Origin: Candidatus Omnitrophota bacterium
GTDB lineage: Bacteria; Omnitrophota; Gorgyraeia; Gorgyraeales; Gorgyraeaceae
Direction: 5' to 3'
Length of the DNA: 64,000 nt
Assembly (NCBI GenBank): GCA_043814965.1
Contig: JBDRJN010000015.1
Span: 1,503 to 65,502 of the forward strand
Made by a program: the position numbers and the translations under genes. Positions 28,120 through 37,140 of this stretch are shown piece after piece. Under the pieces are notes generated by a model, which saw nothing but the letters and a program-made list of their open reading frames with translations, did no database searches and was not told the DNA's origin. Positions within the stretch are counted from its first letter, which is position 1. Every line of letters starts with the position of its first letter.

Positions 28120-29171
28120 TAATACTTGTATTAAACAGTGGAAGCTCGTCAATAAAATATAAGCTCTTTGATATATCGGAAGATTCAGAGACTTTCCTCG
28201 ACAAGGGGATAGTCGAGAGGATAGGTGAAAAAGTCCCCAGCCATAAAGACGCGCTTTCCATGATCCTCAGCAAGATGGATAAGCCAATAGAGGCAGTAGG
28301 GCATAGAGTGGTCCACGGAGGAGATATTTTTAGAGAATCTACTATTATAGATAACGAAGTCATAAGGGCCATAGAATCTTTTAATGAACTAGCTCCGCTT
28401 CACAATCCTCCAAGTATCTTTACTATAAATGAATCAAGAAAAGTGCTTAAGAACGTAAAACATGTAGCAGTGTTTGATACCTCATTTTATCAGACTATGC
28501 CGGAACATGTGTATCTATATGCAATACCTTATGAGTATTATAAGAAATACAAGATCCGTAAATATGGTTTTCATGGGACCAGCCATAGATATGTAGCAAT
28601 AAAAGCCAGTTCTATGTTAAATACTTCTCTAGACAAACTAAAACTTGTCACATGCCATCTTGGTAATGGCTGCAGCATCACTGCGATAAAATACGGCAAG
28701 GCTATAGATACTAGCATGGGTTTTACTCCACTGGGAGGGCTTATTATGGGCACTCGCTCAGGCGACCTGGACCCTACCATAGTATCTTTCATAATGGAGA
28801 AAGAACATCTTGATATAAAAGAGGCTATAGATATATTGAATAAAAAAAGCGGTATCTTAGGTATATCAGAGATAAGTAATGACATGAGAGAGATAATAAA
28901 AAAGAAAGATACTGACAAGAGGGCAAAGCTTACCATGGATATGTTTTTTTATAGGATAAGAAAATATATAGGCGCATACATAGGGATAATGGGAGGAGTG
29001 GATGGAGTCGTATTTACTGGAGGCATAGGAGAGAACCAACCAGACCTTATGAAAGATGAGTTTGGCGACATGGTGGATGATAAAAATAAGATACTTGTCA
29101 TACCTACAGACGAAGAACTGATGATAGCAAAAGATACATATAAAATAGTCAAGGATCAACACCAAAATTAG
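28116..29171 (+). CDS. ackA: Acetate kinase
   Basis: LNSGSSSIK, GHRVVHGG, APLHNP, YGFHGTSH, HLGNG, FTGGIGEN, PTDEE. Confidence 0.96.
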   Translation: MIILVLNSGSSSIKYKLFDISEDSETFLDKGIVERIGEKVPSHKDALSMILSKMDKPIEAVGHRVVHGGDIFRESTIIDNEVIRAIESFNELAPLHNPPSIFTINESRKVLKNVKHVAVFDTSFYQTMPEHVYLYAIPYEYYKKYKIRKYGFHGTSHRYVAIKASSMLNTSLDKLKLVTCHLGNGCSITAIKYGKAIDTSMGFTPLGGLIMGTRSGDLDPTIVSFIMEKEHLDIKEAIDILNKKSGILGISEISNDMREIIKKKDTDKRAKLTMDMFFYRIRKYIGAYIGIMGGVDGVVFTGGIGENQPDLMKDEFGDMVDDKNKILVIPTDEELMIAKDTYKIVKDQHQN

Positions 29172-29241
29172 TAGGGGACACTTAAGTGTCCCCTACTAAA
29201 GTCCGTTGCGGCAAATTTTGTAAGGCATACTTTAGTATGCC
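29168..29241. repeat. REP pair: perfect 32-bp palindrome plus second palindrome
   Basis: ttagtaggggacacttaagtgtcccctactaa (29168-29199, overlapping the ackA stop) and gtaaggcatactttagtatgcc (29220-29241). Confidence 0.8.
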
Positions 29242-29248
29242 AAAAACT

Positions 29249-29659
29249 ATGAAGATAAAAATAGACGATATACCAAAGGAAGGGCTAGAGCTGGAAGGAG
29301 AGGTAGAACCAAACAATATCTCTATAGAGCTGGATGACCAAGGTGTTGTGTTCAATGACCGCATAAAGGTTTTATTAAGAGCTACTAAGTTGCAGGAAGA
29401 TATATTATTGGATATAAAACTGGAAGCTCCATGCGAACTGACGTGCGCGAGATGCCTTGCCAGGATCCAGAATATCTTTAAGAAAGAATTTAGCATAAGC
29501 CATGAAGTTGCTTCTGGAGATATCTTGGATATAGACGAAGATGTAAGACAGGAATTGGTCCTGGATTATCCTGTGAAGACATTATGTAAGAATGATTGCA
29601 AGGGGTTGTGCCCTAATTGCGGGCAAAACCTTAATGTAGGAGAATGTAGCTGTAGTTAA
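29249..29659 (+). CDS. yceD: DUF177/YceD family protein
   Basis: CARCL and LCKNDCKGLCPNCG motifs; upstream of rpmF; start uncertain (29237 or 29249). Confidence 0.88.
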   Translation: MKIKIDDIPKEGLELEGEVEPNNISIELDDQGVVFNDRIKVLLRATKLQEDILLDIKLEAPCELTCARCLARIQNIFKKEFSISHEVASGDILDIDEDVRQELVLDYPVKTLCKNDCKGLCPNCGQNLNVGECSCS

Positions 29660-29663
29660 ATTA

Positions 29664-29731
29664 GCCCCTCACAGCCTCACATTAAACAAAGGCCGTTCGG
29701 GACTCAATTTTGCTACTCAAAATTTCGGAGG
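29664..29731 (+). repeat. Two-hairpin element ending in the rpmF SD
   Basis: gcccctc...ttcgggactcaattttg..caaaatttcggagg. Confidence 0.55.
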
Positions 29732-29739
29732 AAACAAAG

Positions 29740-29940
29740 ATGCCATTACCAAAACGTAGACATTCAAGTTCGAGGCAGGGAAAGAGGCGCGGTGAACAAA
29801 AGATACACGTAGCAAGTATTTCGGTCTGCCCTAACTGTAAAGCGCCTAAATTACCTCATAGGGTGTGCAAGGCCTGTGGTTTTTATAACGGCAGGCAAGT
29901 CATTCAGATAAAGAAGAAAGAGAAAAAAGAGACAAAATAA
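29740..29940 (+). CDS. rpmF: 50S ribosomal protein L32
   Basis: MPLPKRRHS...CPNC...PHRVCKACGFY; ATG 29740 after GGAGG. Confidence 0.96.
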   Translation: MPLPKRRHSSSRQGKRRGEQKIHVASISVCPNCKAPKLPHRVCKACGFYNGRQVIQIKKKEKKETK

Positions 29941-29943
29941 CAT

Positions 29944-30930
29944 ATGATAAAGATAGCCCTGGATGCAATGGGAAGCGATAATGCGCCTTTCAATGATGTT
30001 GAAGGCGCTGTGTTGGCAGCTCGGGAACTTAAATATCAAGTCGTCCTGGTAGGAAAACAGGATGTCATAGAAGAAGAGCTGACTAAGCACAGGCCTGTCC
30101 CTGACAATATCTCTATCCATCATGCAAGCGAAGTGATAGCTATGCAAGAACAGCCTGTCTTAAGCGTAAGAAGGAAGAAGCAGTCTTCTATAGTGGTCCT
30201 TGCCAATCTTCTTAAAGAAAATAAAGTCGATGCCATAGTATCTGCCGGCAATACCGGGGCAATGGTGTGCGCTGCTACTCTTAAGTGCAGGCTTTTGCCA
30301 GGAGTAGAAAGGGCAGGCATAGGGGTCTTGATGCCTACTTTAAAAGGTACTGTTCTCATGATAGACGGAGGCGCCAATATAGATGCAAGGCCTACGCATT
30401 TACTTCAATATGCTATCATGGGCAGCGCTTATTCTGAATATATACTAAATAAAAGGGCACCTAAGGTAGGGCTTTTAAATGTAGGCGCGGAAGAGTCTAA
30501 GGGCACTGGTTCTTTAAAAGAGGCATATACGCTGGTTGAAAGATCCGGCCTTAATTTTATCGGGAATGTCGAAGGCAGGGATATCTTTATAGGCGATTGC
30601 GATGTGATAGTATGCGATGGGTTGGTGGGCAATGTCGCGCTTAAAGTATCAGAGAGCACTGCGCATGCAATAATAGAGATGTTAAAGAGGGAGATCAAGA
30701 GCAGGGCCTTATCAAAGATAGGAGCGCTCTTTGCCAAAAAATCCTTCGACTCCCTAAAGAAAAAAATGGATTATGTTGAGTACGGTGGAGCCCCGCTTCT
30801 TGGGATAAATGGTGTATGTATAATATGCCACGGGTCATCGCCTCCCAAAGCCATAAAAAATGCTATACGAGTAGCAGGCGAAGAAGTTATAAAGAACGTT
30901 AACCAGCATATAATTGAAAAGATCGGATAA
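29944..30930 (+). CDS. plsX: Phosphate acyltransferase PlsX
   Basis: IALDAMGSD, SAGNTGA, LLNVGAEE.KG, GNVEG, YGGAPLLG. Confidence 0.97.
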   Translation: MIKIALDAMGSDNAPFNDVEGAVLAARELKYQVVLVGKQDVIEEELTKHRPVPDNISIHHASEVIAMQEQPVLSVRRKKQSSIVVLANLLKENKVDAIVSAGNTGAMVCAATLKCRLLPGVERAGIGVLMPTLKGTVLMIDGGANIDARPTHLLQYAIMGSAYSEYILNKRAPKVGLLNVGAEESKGTGSLKEAYTLVERSGLNFIGNVEGRDIFIGDCDVIVCDGLVGNVALKVSESTAHAIIEMLKREIKSRALSKIGALFAKKSFDSLKKKMDYVEYGGAPLLGINGVCIICHGSSPPKAIKNAIRVAGEEVIKNVNQHIIEKIG

Positions 30931-30945
30931 ATTTGAAAGGAATGT

Positions 30946-31926
30946 ATGATGCAGAAAGCAGGCATATTAGGACTAGGTTCCTATGTTCCAGAAAAAAGAC
31001 TCACCAATAAAGACCTGGAAAAGATAGTCGATACATCAGATGATTGGATAGTGACTCGTACAGGCATAAAAGAGCGCCGTATTGCGCCGGACAATATGGC
31101 CTCCAGCGACCTTGGTTATGAAGCAGCAAAATTAGCTTTAAAAGATGCAAACCTTTTACCAGAAGAGGTCGACCTGATAATAGTAGCTACTATTACTCCT
31201 GATATGGCTTTTCCAGCAACAGCCTGTATTATACAGGATAAGCTTGGCGCAAAAAACGCAGCAGCATTTGATATAAATGCTGCATGCAGCGGTTTTGTAT
31301 TTGGCCTAATATTAGCAAGGCAGTTTATAGCTACTGATACTTATCAAAATGTATTAGTGATAGGCTCGGAAAAATTAACCAGCATTGTTGATTGGGAAGA
31401 CCGTTCAACATGTATATTGTTCGGGGATGGCGCGGGCGCGTGTGTTGTCGGCAGGTCAGAAGATAAGACAATTTTATCAAGCTTCATGGGAGCGGATGGG
31501 TCTGGGGGGCGCTTATTAAGCGTACCAGCCGGAGGTTCAAGGCTTCCTGCAACGCCCGAGACAATTAAAGATAGGCTGCATTTTCTTAAGATGGAAGGTA
31601 ACGAGGTATTTAAACTTGCGGTGAAGGTTATGGCTGAGTCAGTCTATAGGGCCATTAAAAAAATAGGCATAAAAGTAAGCGATATAGACCTATTAATACC
31701 TCATCAGGCAAATATAAGGATACTTCTGGCTGTTGCTAAAAGAGTAGGGATAGGAAAAGAGAAGATCTTTATGAATATAGAGAAATATGGCAATATGTCA
31801 GCTGCATCTACCGCGGTTGCCTTGGTGGAGGCAGCTCAGGAAGGCAGGATGAAAAAAGGAGACCATGTAGTCCTTGTTGCGTTTGGCGGCGGCCTGACCT
31901 ATGGTTCATGCGTAATCCAATGGTAA
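30946..31926 (+). CDS. fabH: 3-oxoacyl-ACP synthase III
   Basis: AACSGF, LFGDGAGA, PHQAN, GNMSAAS. Confidence 0.97.
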   Translation: MMQKAGILGLGSYVPEKRLTNKDLEKIVDTSDDWIVTRTGIKERRIAPDNMASSDLGYEAAKLALKDANLLPEEVDLIIVATITPDMAFPATACIIQDKLGAKNAAAFDINAACSGFVFGLILARQFIATDTYQNVLVIGSEKLTSIVDWEDRSTCILFGDGAGACVVGRSEDKTILSSFMGADGSGGRLLSVPAGGSRLPATPETIKDRLHFLKMEGNEVFKLAVKVMAESVYRAIKKIGIKVSDIDLLIPHQANIRILLAVAKRVGIGKEKIFMNIEKYGNMSAASTAVALVEAAQEGRMKKGDHVVLVAFGGGLTYGSCVIQW

Positions 31927-31994
31927 GACAAGTCACAAGATACAAGTTGCAAGTCACAAGTACAAAGCATGTGACTTGTGTCTTGAAACTTGTG
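31927..31994. repeat. Convergent heptamer-repeat hairpin (ACAAGTC units)
   Basis: acaagtc-acaagat-acaagtt-gcaagtc-acaagt then tgtgacttgtgtcttgaaacttgtg. Confidence 0.75.
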
Positions 31995-32008
31995 GTAATG
32001 GGTAGATT

Positions 32009-32938
32009 ATGAAAGTTGCTTATACCTTTCCCGGCCAAGGCGCTCAATATGTGGGCATGGGGAAAGATCTATACGGGAGTTCTCCCGAGGCCAGGAGTAT
32101 TTTTGATAAAGCAGAAGAGATATTGCCGGAAGTAGGGATCAAAAAACTTTCTTTTGAAGGCCCTATAGAAGATCTTACCTCGACTAAAAACAGTCAAGTG
32201 ACGATACTAGTCACAAGTATTGCCTGCCTGGAATATTTAAAAGCCAAGATAGGCAGTGAATTAGAGATAGTTGCATGCGCTGGGCTAAGCCTGGGGGAAT
32301 TGACGTCTCTGGTCGCGGCAGGGAGTATATCATTTGAAGATGCTGTAAAGCTTGTCAGGACTAGAGGTGAGCTGATGGAAGAAGCCTCTATAAATAACCC
32401 TGGCAGTATGGCGTCTATCATAGGCCTTGATATTGCGAAACTAAAAGAGGTATGTCAAAAGTCCGGGGCAGAGATCGCAAACCTTAATTGCCCGGGCCAG
32501 GTTGTAATATCCGGGAAAAAAAAGTGTGTGGATGATGCGATGAAACTTGCAAATGAATCAGGAGCAAAGAAATCCATACTCTTGAATGTAAGCGGCGCTT
32601 TTCATTCAAGTCTCATGAAAGAGGCCTCCGAAAAATTCAGGATAGAATTGGAAAAAGTGGAGTTTTTTAAACCAGCTATCAATGTAGTGGCCAATGTCAC
32701 CGGAGATGTGGAATCCACGCCCGAAGAGATAAGAGAGAACCTGGTAAAACAGCTTTATAGCCCTGTCTTATGGGAAGATTGCGTAAAAAAGATTTCATCG
32801 ATGGGCGTAAGTACGTTCTTTGAGATAGGGCCTGGAAAAGTGCTGAAAGGACTTATAAAAAGAATTGACCCTGGCTTAAAGGTAGTTAATATAGAGAAGT
32901 CGGAAGGCATAAAAAATTTATTATCAGGCAACGGCTAA
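32009..32938 (+). CDS. fabD: Malonyl-CoA:ACP transacylase
   Basis: FPGQGAQ, GLSLGE, NCPGQVV, VSGAFHS, EIGPGKVL. Confidence 0.96.
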   Translation: MKVAYTFPGQGAQYVGMGKDLYGSSPEARSIFDKAEEILPEVGIKKLSFEGPIEDLTSTKNSQVTILVTSIACLEYLKAKIGSELEIVACAGLSLGELTSLVAAGSISFEDAVKLVRTRGELMEEASINNPGSMASIIGLDIAKLKEVCQKSGAEIANLNCPGQVVISGKKKCVDDAMKLANESGAKKSILLNVSGAFHSSLMKEASEKFRIELEKVEFFKPAINVVANVTGDVESTPEEIRENLVKQLYSPVLWEDCVKKISSMGVSTFFEIGPGKVLKGLIKRIDPGLKVVNIEKSEGIKNLLSGNG

Positions 32939-32986
32939 GGTAACGAAACGGGCATCGTAGCCCTGACCTTAACCTTATCAAAATAT

Positions 32987-34225
32987 ATGAAACGTCGCGT
33001 TGTAATAACAGGATTAGGCATTATAGCTCCCAATGGAGTTGGCAAAAGGGCTTTTTGGGATGCTCTTAAAAAAGGCGCCTCAGGCATAAGGAATATCACA
33101 CGTTTTGACGCGTCACCTTTTCCCACTAAGTTCGCGGGGGAAGCTGATTTTGACACTAGTCAATTTATATCCCATAAAAATCTAAAAAGGATGGACAGGA
33201 CCAGCCACCTGGCTGTATCAGCAGCCAAGATGGCTGTAGAGGATGCTCGTCTTAATATAAAGGAAGAAGACCCTGAAAGGATAGGGGTTGTCATAGGTAC
33301 TGCCATGGCAGGCCATGGTATGATATTAAAGGAACATGATAATTTTATCAATAAAGGGCCTATGAAGATAAGCACCTTTACAGCTATTGCATCTTTTCCG
33401 GATGCTCCTTCCAGTCAGATATCTATAGAATTAGGCGTAAACGGGCCTAGTTTTTCTATTGCAACAGCATGTTCATCTGCGTCAGATGCCATGGGTTATG
33501 CATTTAATGCTATAAGGAATAACGAGCTTGATATCATTGTAATGGGGGGCGCAGATAGTCCGATTTTTTCACCTATACTTGGGGCATTTTGTATGTTGAG
33601 AGCGCTTTCCACTAGAAACGATGAGCCAGCCAAGGCATCAAGGCCATTTGATAAGACGAGAGACGGGTTTGTGCTGGGAGAAGGAGCTGGTATATTGATA
33701 TTGGAAAATTTGGATCACGCGCTTAAAAGAGATGCGACTATATATGGCGAGATCCTAGGGTTTGGCATGACATGTGACGCATACCATATGACAAAACCCG
33801 AACCATCAGGAAAGCAGGCTATAAGAGCTCTAAGGAATGCATTGAAAGATGCAGGCGTCAGGCCGGAAGAGGTAGATTATATAAATGCTCATGGCACATC
33901 CACTCCTTTAAACGATAAAAATGAGACTTATGTAATCAAAGAAGTCTTTGGGGAGTATGCTTATAAAATGCCTATAAGTTCTATGAAGTCTATGATAGGG
34001 CATTTAATAGGCGCAGCAGGCAGCGTAGAGCTTATAGGCGCTTTGGTAGCGCTCAATGAAAGCGTTATTCCGCCAACTATCAATTATGAACATCCAGACC
34101 CAGATTGCGACCTTGATTATGTGCCAAATAAGGCTTACAATAGAGAGGTAAATGTCATACTTAAAAATTCTTTTGGTTTTGGAGGCAAGAATTCAGCTCT
34201 AGTAGTAAAAAAATTTAAAGAATGA
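32987..34225 (+). CDS. fabF: Beta-ketoacyl-ACP synthase II paralog
   Basis: TACSS (Cys), NAHGTST, GHLIGAAG, NSFGFGG. Confidence 0.88.
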   Translation: MKRRVVITGLGIIAPNGVGKRAFWDALKKGASGIRNITRFDASPFPTKFAGEADFDTSQFISHKNLKRMDRTSHLAVSAAKMAVEDARLNIKEEDPERIGVVIGTAMAGHGMILKEHDNFINKGPMKISTFTAIASFPDAPSSQISIELGVNGPSFSIATACSSASDAMGYAFNAIRNNELDIIVMGGADSPIFSPILGAFCMLRALSTRNDEPAKASRPFDKTRDGFVLGEGAGILILENLDHALKRDATIYGEILGFGMTCDAYHMTKPEPSGKQAIRALRNALKDAGVRPEEVDYINAHGTSTPLNDKNETYVIKEVFGEYAYKMPISSMKSMIGHLIGAAGSVELIGALVALNESVIPPTINYEHPDPDCDLDYVPNKAYNREVNVILKNSFGFGGKNSALVVKKFKE

Positions 34226-34226
34226 T

Positions 34227-34294
34227 GTCCCTCGCTGCATAATAGAGAGAACTATGGCGGCTCGGGACGAATTTTGTTTCACAAAATTCGGAGG
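34227..34294 (+). repeat. Two-hairpin element ending in the fabG SD
   Basis: gtccctcgctgcat...atggcggctcgggacgaattttgtttcacaaaattcggagg. Confidence 0.65.
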
Positions 34295-34299
34295 TAGAT

Positions 34300-35049
34300 A
34301 TGTGTGAAGTGGCATTGGAAGGCAAAGTCGCTCTTATAACAGGCGGAGCCAGGGGTATAGGCAGGGATATAGCGCTTAGGTTTGCAGGCGAAGGAGCGGA
34401 TGTTGCCTTGTGCGATGTAGACCTGGAAGCAGCTCAGGCAGCTGCCAGGGAGATACAGGATCTTGGGCGCAGCTCATTGGCATTTAAGGTGGATGTGACA
34501 AGCTCAAAAGATGTTCAAGATATGGTGGATAAAATTCTTGACAAATTTAATAAAATAGATATACTTATTAACAACGCTGGCATAACCAGAGATAATCTTG
34601 TGCTCAGGATGTCGGAAGAAGACTGGGACAAGGTCATCGCGGTAAATCTTAAAGGCGCGTTTTTATGCACTAAGATAGTATCAAAGGCGATGCTTAAGCA
34701 GCGTTCGGGAAAGATAGTGAGTCTCGCGTCGATCATTGGGATCATGGGTAATGCTGGACAAGCTAATTATGCGGCGAGTAAGGCAGGCATAATAGGCCTT
34801 ACAAAGAGCGTTGCAAAAGAACTTGCGCCTCGCGGTATCACGGTCAATGCTATAGCTCCTGGTTTTATAAGGACAGCGATGACTGATAAATTGCCGGAGG
34901 ATATCCAGAAGAAGATGCTGGATGCAATACCTTTAAAGAGGTTCGGGGAGGCAAAGGACGTAGCGGATCTCGCTTTATTTCTTTCGAGTGAGGACTCTTC
35001 ATATATAACCGGCCAGGTCATAAAGATCGATGGCGGTATGGTGATGTAA
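34300..35049 (+). CDS. fabG: 3-oxoacyl-ACP reductase
   Basis: TGGARGIG, NNAGITRD, YAASK, APGFI. Confidence 0.96.
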   Translation: MCEVALEGKVALITGGARGIGRDIALRFAGEGADVALCDVDLEAAQAAAREIQDLGRSSLAFKVDVTSSKDVQDMVDKILDKFNKIDILINNAGITRDNLVLRMSEEDWDKVIAVNLKGAFLCTKIVSKAMLKQRSGKIVSLASIIGIMGNAGQANYAASKAGIIGLTKSVAKELAPRGITVNAIAPGFIRTAMTDKLPEDIQKKMLDAIPLKRFGEAKDVADLALFLSSEDSSYITGQVIKIDGGMVM

Positions 35050-35170
35050 GCGAATCAGCCTTAAGCTGATGAGCTTATCCGCCAGGATCTATGGCGGATA
35101 AAGTTCCTGCTATGAAGCAGGCGCGTATAAAAAAATCAATAAACAAGTACCTATTTAAGGAGGGAACAAA

Positions 35171-35410
35171 ATGGCAGTTGCAGAGAAAGTAAAATCAATA
35201 ATAGCAGAACAACTTGGCGTAAAACCAGAAGAAGTGACCCCTGAGGCTTCTTTTATCGATGATCTAGGGGCAGATTCACTGGATACAGTAGAACTTGTCA
35301 TGGCTTTGGAAGAGGAGTTCGGCACAGAGATCCCTGACGAAGATGCTGAAAAGATCACTACCGTAGGGGACGCTATTAAATACATAGAAGAAAAATCCCA
35401 GAATAAATAG
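35171..35410 (+). CDS. acpP: Acyl carrier protein
   Basis: [20 protein letters not shown]. Confidence 0.98.
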   Translation: MAVAEKVKSIIAEQLGVKPEEVTPEASFIDDLGADSLDTVELVMALEEEFGTEIPDEDAEKITTVGDAIKYIEEKSQNK

Positions 35411-35435
35411 TTATCTTAAGTCATGTCATTTATGC

Positions 35436-35488
35436 AAGGGTTAGAAGATAAAATTTATTAGAGTACTCTCTTCTAACCCTTTATTTTT
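35436..35488 (+). terminator. Hairpin/terminator after acpP
   Basis: aagggttagaaga/tcttctaaccctt followed by tattttt. Confidence 0.65.
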
Positions 35489-35498
35489 GAGGTCAAAT

Positions 35499-36734
35499 AT
35501 GTCTCGTAGAGTAGTTGTCACAGGTTTAGGTGTAGTTACCCCTGTTGGAAACAATAAAGAGGATTTTTGGTCATCTCTAGTCAATGGGAAAAACGGTATA
35601 GGCCCTATGACTTCCTATGACTGCAAAGATTATGATTCTCGTATTGCAGGGCAAGTAAAGGACTTTGTGCCTGCTTCTTTTATTTCCAAAAAAGAACTTA
35701 GAAGGATGGAGAAATTTGTCCAGTTCGCGGTCACTGCCTCAAAGGAGGCAGTGGATGATTCAGGGCTTGATATCTCCAAAGAAGACCCTTTTAGAGTAGG
35801 GGTGCTGGTAGGCTCAGGTATTGGAAGCCTTGGCATAATAGAGGCCCAGCATAAGGTGATCCTTGAGAAAGGCCCATCCCGCATCACACCATTTTTGATC
35901 CCAATGCTTATAGTAAATATGGCGTCAGGTCATATCTCGATAATATTTAGTATAAAAGGCCCAAATTCCTGCACAACCACAGCTTGTGCTTCTGGCACTC
36001 ATGCTATAGGAGATGCTTTTAGGATAATCCATCATGGCGATGCGGATGTCATGATAGCAGGCGGCACAGAGAGCTGTATCACAGCGTTAGGAGTAGGGGG
36101 CTTTTGCGCATTAAAAGCGCTTTCTACCAGAAACGATGATCCGACCAGAGCATCCAGGCCGTTTGATAGAGAGAGAGATGGTTTTGTAATTGGAGAAGGA
36201 GCAGGCATAGTAGTGCTTGAAGAATACAAACATGCCAAAAAAAGAGGCGCCAAGATATATGGCGAGATCATCGGTTATGGTATGACAGGAGATGGATATC
36301 ATATGACAGCTCCTGATCCTTCAGGAGAGTCTGCAGCTAGATGCATGACTAATTGCCTGAACGACGGTAAAGTAAAGCTGGAAGAAGTCAGCTATATAAA
36401 TGCGCACGGTACATCTACTCAGCTCAATGACAAGACCGAGACGCTTGCCATCAAGAAGGTCTTTGGCAGTCTTGCCAAAAAAGTAGCAGTATCTTCTACA
36501 AAATCCATGACAGGCCATCTATTGGGAGCCGCAGGAGGAGTAGAGTTTGTTATATGCGCTCTTTCAATAGAAAGAAAAGTCATCCCGCCCACTATAAATT
36601 ATGAGTTTCCGGACCCAGATTGCGACCTTGACTATGTGCCCAATAAGGCAAGAGACTATGATGTAAAAGTCGCTATGTCAAATTCTCTCGGCTTTGGCGG
36701 CCATAATGCAACGATCTGCATAAAAAAGCTATAG
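35499..36734 (+). CDS. fabF: Beta-ketoacyl-ACP synthase II
   Basis: TACASG, NAHGTST, MTGHLLGAAG, NSLGFGGHN; follows acpP; start at ATG 35499. Confidence 0.96.
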   Translation: MSRRVVVTGLGVVTPVGNNKEDFWSSLVNGKNGIGPMTSYDCKDYDSRIAGQVKDFVPASFISKKELRRMEKFVQFAVTASKEAVDDSGLDISKEDPFRVGVLVGSGIGSLGIIEAQHKVILEKGPSRITPFLIPMLIVNMASGHISIIFSIKGPNSCTTTACASGTHAIGDAFRIIHHGDADVMIAGGTESCITALGVGGFCALKALSTRNDDPTRASRPFDRERDGFVIGEGAGIVVLEEYKHAKKRGAKIYGEIIGYGMTGDGYHMTAPDPSGESAARCMTNCLNDGKVKLEEVSYINAHGTSTQLNDKTETLAIKKVFGSLAKKVAVSSTKSMTGHLLGAAGGVEFVICALSIERKVIPPTINYEFPDPDCDLDYVPNKARDYDVKVAMSNSLGFGGHNATICIKKL

Positions 36735-36765
36735 TATCTTTTTCGCAAAATAAAGATGCTTTTTA

Positions 36766-36918
36766 AGGCTCTCACCAGTAGAGGACTATTAACTTACATG
36801 GTTCACCCTCGCATATACTGGTAGGGGAGCCTTAAGGCTCCCCTACATTAGATAAGTCGGTAGTCGGTGGGGGGGTCCGGTAGCCTGTAGTAGGGGAGCT
36901 TTAAAGCTCCCCTACCGA
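36766..36918. repeat. REP cluster (two GTAG palindromes)
   Basis: gtaggggagccttaaggctcccctac (36821-36846) and gtaggggagctttaaagctcccctac (36890-36915), with partial complementary flanks. Confidence 0.85.
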
Positions 36919-36950
36919 AGAAAAGGTTCAGAAAAATAACATAATTTTAC

Positions 36951-37074
36951 TTGCCAATAGAGGCATTTTTTGCTATATTAATGCCTATATAGAACACACC
37001 ATATTGTCCTTCATGTCATGGGAAAAAAGAGAAGGGTTATTTTTTTCCGCTATTATATTAAACTTTAAAAAAAC
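36951..37074 (+). promoter_or_regulatory. Promoter plus leader hairpin/U-tract and boxA-like motif
   Basis: TTGCCA-17-TATATT with TG; ccttc/gaagg stem with catgggaaaa loop and T7; ctttaaaaaaac at 37063. Confidence 0.6.
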
Positions 37075-37140
37075 TTAATAATAGTGATCTTTATGAAAAA
37101 TGAGAGATTTTCTACCCATATATATTAAGGAGATAAAAAG

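Noticed and set aside
29186-29236. N-terminal extension of YceD, and similar extensions of recG (23958) and rpmF (29710)
   Set aside because: They run through palindromic repeats; downstream starts match family N-termini or have SDs
35054-35121. Three short hairpins between fabG and acpP as an ncRNA
   Set aside because: Short, no recognised family; probably mRNA-stabilising or repeat-derived
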